The translations under genes and the position numbers were made by a program. A DNA stretch of 64,000 bases from Eledone cirrhosa. Its lineage: Eukaryota. Below, one piece after another: positions 41,629 through 53,300 of the stretch. The stretch lies in assembly GCA_964016885.1 (NCBI GenBank), contig OZ024747.1, forward strand, positions 67,642,001 through 67,706,000, written 5' to 3'. Each line of letters starts with the position of its first letter. Within the stretch, counting starts at the first letter, position 1. Under the pieces are notes generated by a model, which saw nothing but the letters and a program-made list of their open reading frames with translations, had not been told where the DNA came from and made no database searches.

Positions 41629-41935
41629 GCGCGGGGACATAGAAATAATCGGGTTGAATGCCCGATCGCGCAGTTAAACCACTGGGAGTGAAGAACCCCT
41701 AGCCCTTGTCAGGGAATTCTTCTAGGAGAAGGCATCTCAGGAAACTGGGTTAACTCCGACATAAAACCTGCGACTCAGTAGTTACCAACGATGTTGATCT
41801 TTTCTTCTTTTCGGGTTATAGCTACTGTCGCTCAGAGAGTGGGATTGGCTCAGTGCACAGTCTTTCCTCACTTTAAAAATATTCGTCACGCACAGGCATT
41901 GCACGAGTGCATTAATAATCATTAATAGTGTACTA
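41629..41935 (+). mobile_element. RTE-type 5' UTR segment (second subfamily)
   Basis: Homologous to 58563-58840 and, more distantly, to the middle of the 600-bp element (cccctagcc.ttgtca.gg, ttctaggagaagg, gagagtggga.tggct, gcacaggcattgc). Confidence 0.75.
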
Positions 41936-42172
41936 TTATTATTATTATTATTATTATTGAATGCCATGGTTGATGGAGGCTCGGCTCTGTAAGGTATAGT
42001 AATTTTTAACCGTTAAAACAATTGTAAATTGTTTAAAACTTGAACCAAATTGTTGATAAAGACACCCTCCTCCTCGTGAGAGGGGTCTTTCTGTCCGTTA
42101 TTTGGCCCTTCGGGGTTAAATAACCAGTTATTGGGGTTTTGTACCCAATATTCATTTTAAACAAAAAACAAC

Positions 42173-44270
42173 ATGGCTACGAAAAAGAAATTTCATACGT
42201 CACTCCCACTCATTCCGTCTTCTTCTTCCTCAATCATCACTACAGCAGAGAGAAGATTGTCTCTCTCCCTCCTTTCTTTAAATGTGTCTCTCTCCCTCCC
42301 TTCTATTTCGCAAGTGACGAAAGAAAAGAAAAGTCTCGTGCAAAGCGTGCAAGGTTTCTCCACGACGACGACGACAGCGACGAAACAGGTGTGCGGGAAA
42401 TACGAAAACCCAGTTCATTCGTCTGACGTCAGGAATAATAGCAGTAGCAGCCGTAATAACAACAGCAACAGTGACAATGAAAACAACAGTAGCAGCCGCA
42501 ACAGCATCACCAGCAGCATAAACAACAACAGCATTAGCAGCAGCAACACCAACAACAACCACAGCAACAGCGGCGGAGGCAGTAGTCGTAGTACCTGCAG
42601 CAACAACAAAAGTACCAGCAGATCTGACGACAACAACAACAGCAGAGAAAAACCAATCTCATTTGCAGGTATTGCGAAAAACTTGGAAACAATCCTCATA
42701 ACAAATGAGGAATTAGAGGAAGCGAACAAGATGGTGACAAAGAACGGACACCGAGCAATCTGCAAGGCAGCGGAAAAATTTTTCGAAACCCAAGAGCACT
42801 GTACGGTCACGTACCGTACAGTAAGTACAAAATCCCGTAGGGTGGAAAGAGTCACAGAGGGCCAAATACAAAAAGCCTTGGGGTATGTGTGGCAGCGGAA
42901 AACGCACATCACCCGAGGCAAAAAATATGCCACCGTAGACGTACTTTTTGCCACACCCCAGGAGGCAAAGGCCCAATCAGTAGTGACCCTAAGGAGCGAG
43001 GAAATGGTGTTGGTGCCCTCCTACTGCGGGCAAAAAATTGTGAGGGTCAAACTGACCCACGTCCCCCCCCGGAATGATCCCTTCTTGGCTGGCCGCGTCT
43101 GTCCTCGTCGGAATCGAGGACAAAACAACTGTACTGCAAGTACAGAAAAAAGTAAGAGAAGATTGGGTCGGCTCCTCCATTGAGATGCTAATCCAAACCA
43201 ACCAGGAGTGCATCGAAGCTATCCCGGATGTGATAGACTTCGATAACGGCACTCAACTGCCCATAAGTGTTGAGGGCAAACGCCCGAAATGCTTTCGCTG
43301 TGGATCGAAGACTGACCTCAGGGCCTTCTGCAACGAGAAGACCCTGAGAAAGGAGAAAACCCCCCTCCTTCCGAATCCGGCTCCACGGCTACCAGCAACA
43401 GGACAAGCGGCAACCAGGAACGATAGGTCCGTGTCACCCATACCCACTCCACGGAAATCAAAAACAGCAGCAGCAGTGGAAATATTAACAACAACAACAG
43501 CAATACCAAATGCAGCTGCAACAGAGACTCCAGTGCAAACATCACCAACAACAACAAGTGAAAGAGTGGAGCTGGTACCCCTCCCCGACCTCACAGAATC
43601 AGACATGGAGTGTGAGGTGGGAGAGGGATGGCAAAAGGTCGTAAGAAGGCACAAACGCAGAAGCAGCGCATCGTCGCCTTTGAAAAGGGAGGAAAGAAAT
43701 GAGAAAAGGGTAAAGTCTACTGCAAAGAGACCCACAACAGCAACAACACCAACACCATCACCACCCACACTAGCACCACCATCACCACCGGCGACAACCC
43801 CACCGCCAACAACACCTTTAACACCACCACCACAAGCACCAACATCGCAAACACAACAACAAAACACACACACCCAGCAACAACGACAAGAAAATAGCAG
43901 AACCACACCCCACCCCCAGAAAAACAAATGCACGGCAATAAATACACACAACAAGAAACTAATGACTTACATAATTGAACACACAGACATTTCACAACAG
44001 GACTACATAATACCAGCACCAATCAAAACGCCAACTAACATAAGACTGCTAAAAATAGCACAGAAACAATACACAAACATTAAAACGAAATTCCCCAACG
44101 CAGTTGGTGATTTCAGGGACCTAGGAGGAACCATCAATCGAAGAGTATACTCAGACATTCTCTTAGAAGAGCCGACGACCAGCCGAAGGGACGATTCAAC
44201 GGTCCCTTCACCAGACGATCAAGTGAAAAGGGATGTAAAAACCATCCCTCCTCTACCAAAAGTACGGTAA
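42173..44270 (+). pseudogene. Tx1 ORF1 (gag-like), frameshifted in a C-run near 43063-43070
   Basis: ORFs 42173..43183 and 43074..44270 together equal copy 2 ORF1. C8 here versus C7 in copy 2. Zinc knuckle His replaced by Asp (CFRCGSKTDLRAFC). Confidence 0.85.
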
Positions 44271-44305
44271 GTGGTCTTTCCCATCTTTTCCACTCTATTT
44301 TAAAC

Positions 44306-47300
44306 ATGACCTCACTCAGAATAGGCAGCATAAATGCGCGTGGCTTGGGGTCGTCATGGAAGCAGGGTCACCTGCTCAACGACCTCAGGTCACTAAACAT
44401 AGATGTAGTGGCCATCAGCGAGACCAGAATCTCCGAAGCACGGGCCTTCGCACCGATCTTCGGCGGCTACGATGTGTACGCATCTCCCAGCCGTCCTGGA
44501 TCCGGTGGAGGAGTTGCTGTGCTTTTTCGGAGAGGTTTGGATCTCGCCATACGGGCCATCTTCCTGGACCCAGAGGGTAAGCTGGTGGTGCTGGACGTGA
44601 CCAGCGGAGACGGGCAAGCTTTCAGGCTAGTGGCCGTCTATGCCCCGACAGGAGCAGGGCGGCCTGATTTCTTCCGGCGTCTGGAGACCTTTCTTGGAAC
44701 GTCCCGCTCTTTAGTGTTAGTGGGCGACTGGAACGGGATCTTAGATGCACGCTGGGACTGTGTGGGATTAGCGGATAGGGGTGGAGGGTGCAAGAGCCTC
44801 ACCAACCTGCTCAGGCGTTTTGAACTGTCTGACAGGTACCGATTGGATTTCCCGAATGTGCCAATGTGGACTTGGACAAACCGCATAGGGTCATCCAGAT
44901 CATATCTAGATAGAGTATTTTGTAGGGAAATAGATAGGTCTAGCATAGGCTGTCCACAATTCAAGATAGTCAGCTACACGGACCACAAATTCGTGACCTG
45001 TGTGCTTGACTTAGATAGGCTTCATAGACGAGGACCCGGCTACTGGAAGCTAAACGCGTCCTTACCAGCGCGCAAGGCCTACAGAGACCGGATTAGCGAA
45101 CTAGTTAAGCGGGCGTTGACGGGGGCCATCGTCAACAACAAGTGGTGGTTTGCTCTGAAAAGAGCGATTAGAATAGAATCGATTAGGTTTAGTAAGGCTT
45201 TAGCAATAGAGAAAAATAGAGCAGAGGGAGAACTAGTTAGAAAATTAGACGAGGCGCTTAGCAAAGGCATTGCGACCGACGTGCTTGCGGCGAAATTGGC
45301 CCTTGACCAATTCTTCAATGCAAAGCACGAAGGCTGCGTTGTCAGAGCTAGGGTGCGTGCTCTCAGACACGAGGGGACGAAAGCCGTTCAATGGGCCCGA
45401 GTGGCGGAGGCGCGTCGTGGCAACAAAGCCACGATCCGGTCTTTGGTGGACCACGACGGGCGCATGCTACTCGATCCCGGGCAAATGTGTGAAGCTTTTC
45501 AGCGACACTTCGCTCAGCTGTTCGGGGGCAGCGGGGGGCCGGGTAGAGGGATGGACTTTAGTGTCTACCTCGACGGACTGTCGCGGCTCTCGGCCACTGA
45601 GGCGAAGTGTTGCGAAAAGCCGATAACAGCCGCTGAAGTAAGGGAGGCAATGACTGGCTGCACAAGGGGTAAATCGCCTGGTTTGGATGGTCTGCCCTAT
45701 GAACTTTACGTACAGATGCCAGACTTGTTCGGAGGCCTCTTGGCGGACGTCTACTGCAACTGGCAACAGAACGGGAGAATTCCCAGTTCTGTGAGCCGAG
45801 GAGCGGTGGCACTGCTGAGAAAGGATCCGAACAAGGGGGATAACATAGAAAATTTCCGGCCCATAACTCTGCTAAACACAGAGTTTAAGATTTTGGCCAA
45901 GGTGCTAGCAAAGAGGTTGGCGCTTGTCGTTGGTGGTCTGGTGGGAGAGGCGCAGACATGCGCCATTCCCGACAGATCCATCCACGACAACCTCCACCTC
46001 ATGCGATACATCGTAGAGAGGGTAGCTAGGGAACCTGGCACGGGTGGGTCCTTGATCAATTTAGATCAGTCGAAAGCTTTCGATAGGGTCGACCATCGTT
46101 ACCTAGCGGCAGTCCTGAGGGCGGCTGGCTTTGGGCCCGTCTTCAGAGGCTGGATCGCTGCCATGCACAGCGACATCTGCTCTGTGGTGAGAGTGAACGG
46201 TCACCTGTCGGAACCGTTCAACATCATGCGCTCGGTCCGCCAAGGATGTCCCCTCTCGTCCCTCTTGTACGTATTGACTCTCGAGCCATTACTGCACAAA
46301 CTGGAGACGTTGAGGGGAGTCCCGCGCGAACTAGGATGCGGAAGATCCGTGTCAGCATATGCGGACGATGTCACCGTAGTGGTGTCGAACGCCAAACACA
46401 TCGAGGCGATCGGCACTACACTAAGAGAATACGAAGCGGTGACAGGAGCAATGATCAACCAGGAAAAGTCAGTGGGCCTGCAGCTCGGCACCTGGAGAGG
46501 CAGGTCCATGCCGTCCAACAGCGTCGTCGGGCGCTGGACGGACGGACCGGTTAAATTGCTAGGGGTCTGGTTCGGTCCGGACCTCCAGACGGACAAAAAC
46601 TGGGACGAGGTGACGAGCAGGGTGGCTTCTCTCACCCAGAAATGGGCGGAGAGGAAGCTATCCCTGAAAGGTCGAGCGGAGGTGGCTAACGCGTACATCG
46701 CGTCTGTCATCTGCTACTGCCTAACCGTCGTACCTTGTCCTAAGCCTCGCCTGACTGCGCTGGAGCGTTTGCTCTTTCGCTTTTTGTGGAAGGGACGTGC
46801 TCCGATGGTCAGGCGGTCCATCTGTTGTCAACACCCGCTACGTGGAGGGCTGGGCATGCCGTGGCTGATGATGCGCAGGCACGCGCTCAGGCTACGACAT
46901 CTCCACCTCTTCCTCGACGGTGATCAGGTGTGGTCGCCGTTTGCTAGACGCGTTTTTCCCCAGCTCGTTTCCTTGACGGAGCTGCAGTCCTGGGTCAAGC
47001 GAAGACCGAGAGGGAGCGCCTGGAGACTGGAATGTCTTCAGGCGCTCACAGCCCTCGACCAATCGGGCAATGTGATCGGTGGAAACTCCACCTCGGCGTT
47101 CTATAGAGGATTAGTGGAGGGGAAGAGCGACGACGTACTTGGGGAAACTCTAGGCGTCGACGAAAATCAACTAGCCAATCTCTTCGGAAGAACTTTCGGG
47201 CCAGGGCCTATGGACAACTTCCAGAAATCTCTGGCCTGGCAGTGCTACCGAGGAGCCTTGCCAGTTCGGGATAAACTCTACAGGCATGGAGGTGCCGTCA

Positions 47301-47725
47301 GCCGGGCATGTCCGAGATGCGCGCAGGGCGACGAAACCGTCCTGCACGCACTCGTCCAGTGTCCGAAAATTGCTGACTTGTGGGTTTATGTCGAACACCT
47401 GCTGTCGCGTTTAGGACGGATCCAGCTATCATCTGAGTCTATCGTGAGGATTGCCCCGCCCTCCTCCTTTAGCCGGGAAGGGCAGGCAGTTTTTATCTGT
47501 CTGGTGGCCATGGCGAAAGAGATAGTATGGTGGACACGTTTGAAAGGGCTGAAGACGAGCACTTACCTCTTCGGTGATGCTCTGATTGACTTTTTCAAAT
47601 TTCATTTGAAAAGGAAAATCAGAGTAGAGAGGGAAGTGCTCTCTTCCCAGCATTTTGTTGAAAGATGGGTGAGAGAAGCAAGAATGGCCCGAGTGAATGG
47701 GCCTACTCTGAGTATATATCTGTAA
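44306..47725 (+). CDS. Tx1 ORF2: APE endonuclease, reverse transcriptase, C-terminal CCHC finger (1139 aa)
   Basis: SINARG, ISET, VYAP, GDWN, YLDR, TDH; KSPGLDG, FRPITLLN, DQSKAFD, VRQGCPLS, YADD; CPRC-x8-H-x4-C. Confidence 0.97.
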   Translation: MTSLRIGSINARGLGSSWKQGHLLNDLRSLNIDVVAISETRISEARAFAPIFGGYDVYASPSRPGSGGGVAVLFRRGLDLAIRAIFLDPEGKLVVLDVTSGDGQAFRLVAVYAPTGAGRPDFFRRLETFLGTSRSLVLVGDWNGILDARWDCVGLADRGGGCKSLTNLLRRFELSDRYRLDFPNVPMWTWTNRIGSSRSYLDRVFCREIDRSSIGCPQFKIVSYTDHKFVTCVLDLDRLHRRGPGYWKLNASLPARKAYRDRISELVKRALTGAIVNNKWWFALKRAIRIESIRFSKALAIEKNRAEGELVRKLDEALSKGIATDVLAAKLALDQFFNAKHEGCVVRARVRALRHEGTKAVQWARVAEARRGNKATIRSLVDHDGRMLLDPGQMCEAFQRHFAQLFGGSGGPGRGMDFSVYLDGLSRLSATEAKCCEKPITAAEVREAMTGCTRGKSPGLDGLPYELYVQMPDLFGGLLADVYCNWQQNGRIPSSVSRGAVALLRKDPNKGDNIENFRPITLLNTEFKILAKVLAKRLALVVGGLVGEAQTCAIPDRSIHDNLHLMRYIVERVAREPGTGGSLINLDQSKAFDRVDHRYLAAVLRAAGFGPVFRGWIAAMHSDICSVVRVNGHLSEPFNIMRSVRQGCPLSSLLYVLTLEPLLHKLETLRGVPRELGCGRSVSAYADDVTVVVSNAKHIEAIGTTLREYEAVTGAMINQEKSVGLQLGTWRGRSMPSNSVVGRWTDGPVKLLGVWFGPDLQTDKNWDEVTSRVASLTQKWAERKLSLKGRAEVANAYIASVICYCLTVVPCPKPRLTALERLLFRFLWKGRAPMVRRSICCQHPLRGGLGMPWLMMRRHALRLRHLHLFLDGDQVWSPFARRVFPQLVSLTELQSWVKRRPRGSAWRLECLQALTALDQSGNVIGGNSTSAFYRGLVEGKSDDVLGETLGVDENQLANLFGRTFGPGPMDNFQKSLAWQCYRGALPVRDKLYRHGGAVSRACPRCAQGDETVLHALVQCPKIADLWVYVEHLLSRLGRIQLSSESIVRIAPPSSFSREGQAVFICLVAMAKEIVWWTRLKGLKTSTYLFGDALIDFFKFHLKRKIRVEREVLSSQHFVERWVREARMARVNGPTLSIYL

Positions 47726-48226
47726 ATTAAAGGTGGAAAACTGGGAGAGGGCACTTGCCTTGGTGGTCAGGGTCATTGTGGCTTTTTACTGGGCTTTCTC
47801 CACAAATGTCCCTCCGAAGTTTCCCCCCTATTGGGGAATTTTTCATTGTTATTTTCATTGTTATTTTTGTTACATCCTCTGTTTTTGTTTTTTACACGCA
47901 GAAATGCCCATTTGTACCGTCCTGCATTGTCCTGCACTGTCCTTAATGTCTACTTTATGTAAACCCTTGTGGTTAATAAAGAAATCATTATTATTATTAT
48001 TATTATTATTATTGAATGCCATGGTTGACGGAGGCTCGGCTCTGTAAGGTATAGTAATTTTTAACCGTTAAAACAATTGTAAATTGTTTAAAACTTGAAC
48101 CAAATTGTTGATAAAGACACCCTCCTCCTCGTGAGAGGGGTCTTTCTGTCCGTTATTTGGCCCTTCGGGGTTAAATAACCAGTTATTGGGGTTTTGTACC
48201 CAAAATTTCATTTTAAACAAAAAAAC

Positions 48227-50323
48227 ATGGCTACGAAAAAGAAATTTCATACGTCACTCCCACTCATTCCGTCTTCTTCTTCCTCAATCATCACTACAGC
48301 AGAGAGAAGATTGTCTCTCTCCCTCCCTTCTTTAAATGTGTCTCTCTCCCTCCCTTCTCTTTCGCAAGCGACGAAAGAAAAGAAAAGTCTCGTGCAAAGC
48401 GTGCAAGGTTTCTCCACGACGACGACGACAGCGACGAAACAGGTGTGCGGGAAATACGAAAACCCAGTTCATTCGTCTGACGTCAGGAATAATAGCAGTA
48501 GCAGCCGTAATAACAACAGCAACAGTGACAATGAAAACAACAGTAGCAGCCGCAACAGCATCACCAGCAGCATAAACAACAACAGCATTAGCAGCAGCAA
48601 CACCAACAACAACCACAGCAACAGCGGCGGAGGCAGTAGTCGTAGTACCTGCAGCAACAACAAAAGTACCAGCAGCTCTGACGACAACAACAACAGCAGA
48701 GAAAAACCAATCTCATTTGCAGGTATTGCGAAAAACTTGGAAACAATCCTCATAACAAATGAGGAATTAGAGGAAGCGAAGAAGATGGTGACAAAGAACG
48801 GACACCGAGCAATCTGCAAGGCAGCGAAAATTTTTTTCGAAACCCAAGAGCACTGTACGGTCACGTACCGTACAGTAAGTACAAAATCCCGTAGGGTGAA
48901 AAGAGCCACAGAGGCCCAAATACAAAAAGCCTTGGGGTCTGTGTGGCAGAGGAAAACGCACATCACCCGAGGCAAAAAATACGCCACCGTAGACGTACTT
49001 TTTGCCACACCCCAGGAGGCAAAGGCCCAATCAGTAGTGACCCTAAGGAGCGAGGAAATGGTGTTGGTGCCCTCCTACTGCGGGCAAAAAATTGTGAGGG
49101 TCAAACTGACCCACGTCCCCCCCGGAATGACCCCTTCTTGGCTGGCCGCGTTTGTCCTCGTCGGAATCGAGGACAAAACAACTGTACTGCAAGTACAGAA
49201 AAAAGTAAGAGAAGATTGGGTCGGCTCCTCCATTGAGATGCTAATCCAAACCAACCAGGAGTGCATCGAAGCTATCCCGGATGTGATAGACTTCGATAAC
49301 GGCACTCAACTGCCCATAAGTGTTGAGGGCAAACGCCCGAAATGCTTTCGCTGTGGATCGAAGACTCACCTCAGGGCCCTCTGCAGCGAGAAGACCCTGA
49401 GAAAGGAGAAAACCCCCCTCCTTCCGAATCCGGCTCCACGGCTACCAGCAACAGGACAAGCGGCAACCAGGAACGATAGGTCCGTGGCACCCATACCCAC
49501 TCCACGGAAATCAAAGACAGCAGCAGCAGTGGAAATATTAACAACAACAACAGCAATACCAAATGCAGCTGCAACAGAGACTCCAGTGCAAACATCACCA
49601 ACAACAACAAGTGAAAGAGTGGAGCTGGTACCCCTCCCCGACCTCACAGAATCAGACATGGAGTGTGAGGTGGGAGAGGGATGGCAAAAGGTCGTAAGAA
49701 GGCACAAACGCAGAAGCAGCGCATCGTCGCCTTTGAAAAGGGAGGAAAGAAATGAGAAAAGGGTAAAGTCTACTGCAAAGAGACCCACAACAGCAACAAC
49801 ACCAACACCATCACCACCCACACTAGCACCACCATCACCACCGGCGACAACCCCACCGCCAACAACACCTTTAACACCACCACCACAAGCACCAACATCG
49901 CAAACACAACAACAAAACACACACACCCAGCAACAACGACAAGAAAATAGCAGAACCACACCCCACCCCCAGAAAAACAAATGCACGGCAATAAATACAC
50001 ACAACAAGAAACTAATGACTTACATAATTGAACACACAGACATTTCACAACAGGACTACATAATACCAGCACCAATCAAAACGCCAACTAACATAAGACT
50101 GCTAAAAATAGCACAGAAACAATACACAAACATTAAAACGAAATTCCCCAACGCAGTTGGTGATTTCAGGGACCTAGGAGGAACCATCAATCGAAGAGTA
50201 TATTCAGACATTCTCTTAGAAGAGCCGACGACCAGCCGAAGGGACGATTCAACGGTCCCTTCACCAGACGATCAAGTGAAAAGGGATGTAAAAACCATCC
50301 CTCCTCTACCAAAAGTACGGTAA
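48227..50323 (+). CDS. Tx1 ORF1 (698 aa from the first ATG): Ser/Asn-rich N-terminus, CCHC zinc knuckle, Pro/Thr-rich region
   Basis: Open frame. CFRCGSKTHLRALC fits CX2CX4HX4C. Ends 35 nt before ORF2. Confidence 0.9.
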   Translation: MATKKKFHTSLPLIPSSSSSIITTAERRLSLSLPSLNVSLSLPSLSQATKEKKSLVQSVQGFSTTTTTATKQVCGKYENPVHSSDVRNNSSSSRNNNSNSDNENNSSSRNSITSSINNNSISSSNTNNNHSNSGGGSSRSTCSNNKSTSSSDDNNNSREKPISFAGIAKNLETILITNEELEEAKKMVTKNGHRAICKAAKIFFETQEHCTVTYRTVSTKSRRVKRATEAQIQKALGSVWQRKTHITRGKKYATVDVLFATPQEAKAQSVVTLRSEEMVLVPSYCGQKIVRVKLTHVPPGMTPSWLAAFVLVGIEDKTTVLQVQKKVREDWVGSSIEMLIQTNQECIEAIPDVIDFDNGTQLPISVEGKRPKCFRCGSKTHLRALCSEKTLRKEKTPLLPNPAPRLPATGQAATRNDRSVAPIPTPRKSKTAAAVEILTTTTAIPNAAATETPVQTSPTTTSERVELVPLPDLTESDMECEVGEGWQKVVRRHKRRSSASSPLKREERNEKRVKSTAKRPTTATTPTPSPPTLAPPSPPATTPPPTTPLTPPPQAPTSQTQQQNTHTQQQRQENSRTTPHPQKNKCTAINTHNKKLMTYIIEHTDISQQDYIIPAPIKTPTNIRLLKIAQKQYTNIKTKFPNAVGDFRDLGGTINRRVYSDILLEEPTTSRRDDSTVPSPDDQVKRDVKTIPPLPKVR

Positions 50324-50358
50324 GTGGTCTTTCCCATCTTTTCCACTCTATTTTAAAC

Positions 50359-53300
50359 ATGACCTCACTCAGAATAGGCAGCATAAATGCGCGTGGCTTG
50401 GGGTCGTCATGGAAGCAGGGTCACCTGCTCAACGACCTCAGGTCACTAAACATAGATGTAGTGGCCATCAGCGAGACCAGAATCTCCGAAGCACGGGCCT
50501 TCGCACCGATCTTCGGCGGCTACGATGTGTACGCATCTCCCAGCCGTCCTGGATCCGGTGGAGGAGTTGCTGTGCTTTTTCGGAGAGGTTTGGATCTCGC
50601 CATACGGGCCATCTTCCTGGACCCAGAGGGTAAGCTGGTGGTGCTGGACGTGACCAGCGGAGACGGGCAAGCTTTCAGGCTAGTGGCCGTCTATACCCCG
50701 ACAGGAGCAGGGCGGCCTGATTTCTTCCGGCGTCTGGAGACCTTTCTTGGAACGTCCCGCTCTTTAGTGTTAGTGGGCGACTGGAACGGGATCTTAGATG
50801 CACGCTGGGACTGTGTGGGATTAGCGGATAGGGGTGGAGGGTGCAAGAGCCTCACCAACCTGCTCAGGCGTTTTGAACTGTCTGACAGGTACCGATTGGA
50901 TTTCCCGAATGTGCCAATGTGGACTTGGACAAACCGCATAGTGTCATCAAGATCATATCTAGATAGAGTATTTTGTAGGGAAATAGATACGTCTAGCATA
51001 GGCTGTCCACAATTCAAGATAGTCAGCTACACGGACCACAAATTCGTGACCTGTGTGCTTGACTTAGATAGGCTTCATAGACGAGGACCCGGCTACTGGA
51101 AGCTAAACGCGTCCTTACCAGCGCGCAAGGCCTACAGAGACCGGATTAGCGAACTAGTTAAGCGGGCGTTGACGGGGGCCATCGTCAACAACAAGTGGTG
51201 GTTTGCTCTGAAAAGAGCGATTAGAATAGAATCGATTAGGTTTAGTAAGGCTTTAGCAATAGAGAAAAATAGAGCAGAGGGAGAACTAGTTAGAAAATTA
51301 GACGAGGCGCTTAGCAAAGGCATTGCGACCGACGTGCTTGCGGCGAAATTGGCCCTTGACCAATTCTTCAATGCAAAGCACGAAGGCTGCGTTGTCAGAG
51401 CTAGGGTGCGTGCTCTCAGACACGAGGGGACGAAAGCCGTTCAATGGGCCCGAGTGGCGGAGGCGCGTCGTGGCAACAAAGCCACGATCCGGTCTTTGGT
51501 GGACCACGACGGGCGCATGCTACTCGATCCCGGGCAAATGTGTGAAGCTTTTCAGCGACACTTCGCTCAGCTGTTCGGGGGCAGCGGGGGGCCGGGTAGA
51601 GGGATGGACTTTAGAGTCTACCTCGACGGACTGCCGCGGCTCTCGGCCACTGAGGCGAAGTGTTGCGAAAAGCCGATAACAGCCGCTGAAGTACGGGAGG
51701 CAATGACTGGCTGCACAAGGGGTAAATCGCCTGGTTTGGATGGTCTGCCCTATGAACTTTACGTACAGATGCCAGACTTGTTCGGAGGCCTCTTGGCGGA
51801 TGTCTACTGCAACTGGCAACAGAACGGGAGAATTCCCAGTTCTGTGAGCCGAGGAGCGGTGGCACTGCTGAGAAAGGATCCGAACAAGGGGGATAACATA
51901 GACAATTTCCGGCCCATAACTCTGCTAAACACAGAGTTTAAGATTTTGGCCAAGGTGCTAGCAAAGAGGTTGGCGCTTGTCGTTGGTGGTCTGGTGGGAG
52001 AGGCGCAGACATGCGCCATTCCCGACAGATCCATCCACGACAACCTCCACCTCATGCGATACATCGTAGAGAGGGTAGCTAGGGAACCTGGCACGGGTGG
52101 GTCCTTGATCAATTTAGATCAGTCGAAAGCTTTCGATAGGGTCGACCATCGTTACCTAGCGGCAGTCCTGAGGGCGGCTGGCTTTGGGCCCGTCTTCAGA
52201 GGCTGGATCGCTGCCATGCACAGCGACATCTGCTCTGTGGTGAGAGTGAACGGTCACCTGTCGGAACCGTTCAACATCATGCGCTCGGTCCGCCAAGGAT
52301 GTCCCCTCTCGTCCCTCTTGTACGTATTGACTCTCGAGCCATTACTGCACAAACTGGAGACGTTGAGAGGAGTCCCGCGCGAACTAGGATGCGGAAGATC
52401 CGTGTCAGCATATGCGGACGATGTCACCGTAGTGGTGTCGAACGCCAAACACATCGAGGCGATCGGCACTACACTAAGAGAATACGAAGCGGTGACAGGA
52501 GCAATGATCAACCAGGAAAAGTCAGTGGGCCTGCAGCTCGGCACCTGGAGAGGCAGGTCCATGCCGTCCAACAGCGTCGTCGGGCGCTGGACGGACGGAC
52601 CGGTTAAATTGCTAGGGGTCTGGTTCGGTCCGGACCTCCAGACGGACAAAAACTGGGACGAGGTGACGAACAGGGTGGCTTCTCTCACCCAGAAATGGGC
52701 GGAGAGGAAGCTATCCCTGAAAGGTCGAGCGGAGGTGGCTAACGCGTACATCGCGTCTGTCATCTGCTACTGCCTAACCGTCGTACCTTGTCCTAAGCCT
52801 CGCCTGACTGCGCTGGAGCGTTTGCTCTTTCGCTTTTTGTGGAAGGGACGTGCTCCGATGGTCAGGCGGTCCATCTGTTGTCAACACCCGCTACGTGGAG
52901 GGCTGGGCATGCCGTGGCTGATGATGCGCAGGCACGCGCTCAGGCTACGACATCTCCACCTCTTCCTCGACGGTGATCAGGTGTGGTCGCCGTTTGCTAG
53001 ACGCGTTTTTCCCCAGCTCGTTTCCTTGACGGAGCTGCAGTCCTGGGTCAAGCGAAGACCGAGAGGGAGCGCCTGGAGACTGGAATGTCTTCAGGCGCTC
53101 ACAGCCCTCGATCAATCGGGCAATGTGATCGGTGGAAACTCCACCTCGGCGTTCTATAGAGGATTAGTGGAGGGGAAGAGCGACGACGTACTTGGGGAAA
53201 CTCTAGGCGTCGACGAAAATCAACTAGCCAATCTCTTCGGAAGAACTTTCGGGCCAGGGCCTATGGACAACTTCCAGAAATCTCTGGCCTGGCAGTGCTA

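Larger units (their letters stand above)
41959..47986 (+). mobile_element. Full-length L1/Tx1-clade LINE, copy 1
   Basis: 5' UTR, ORF1, ORF2 and a 3' UTR ending aataaagaaatc. (ATT)n on both sides. Confidence 0.96.

Noticed and set aside
43055-43080. Programmed frameshift in Tx1 ORF1 copy 1
   Set aside because: Copy 2 is in frame with one fewer C, so a homopolymer indel or sequencing error is simpler.
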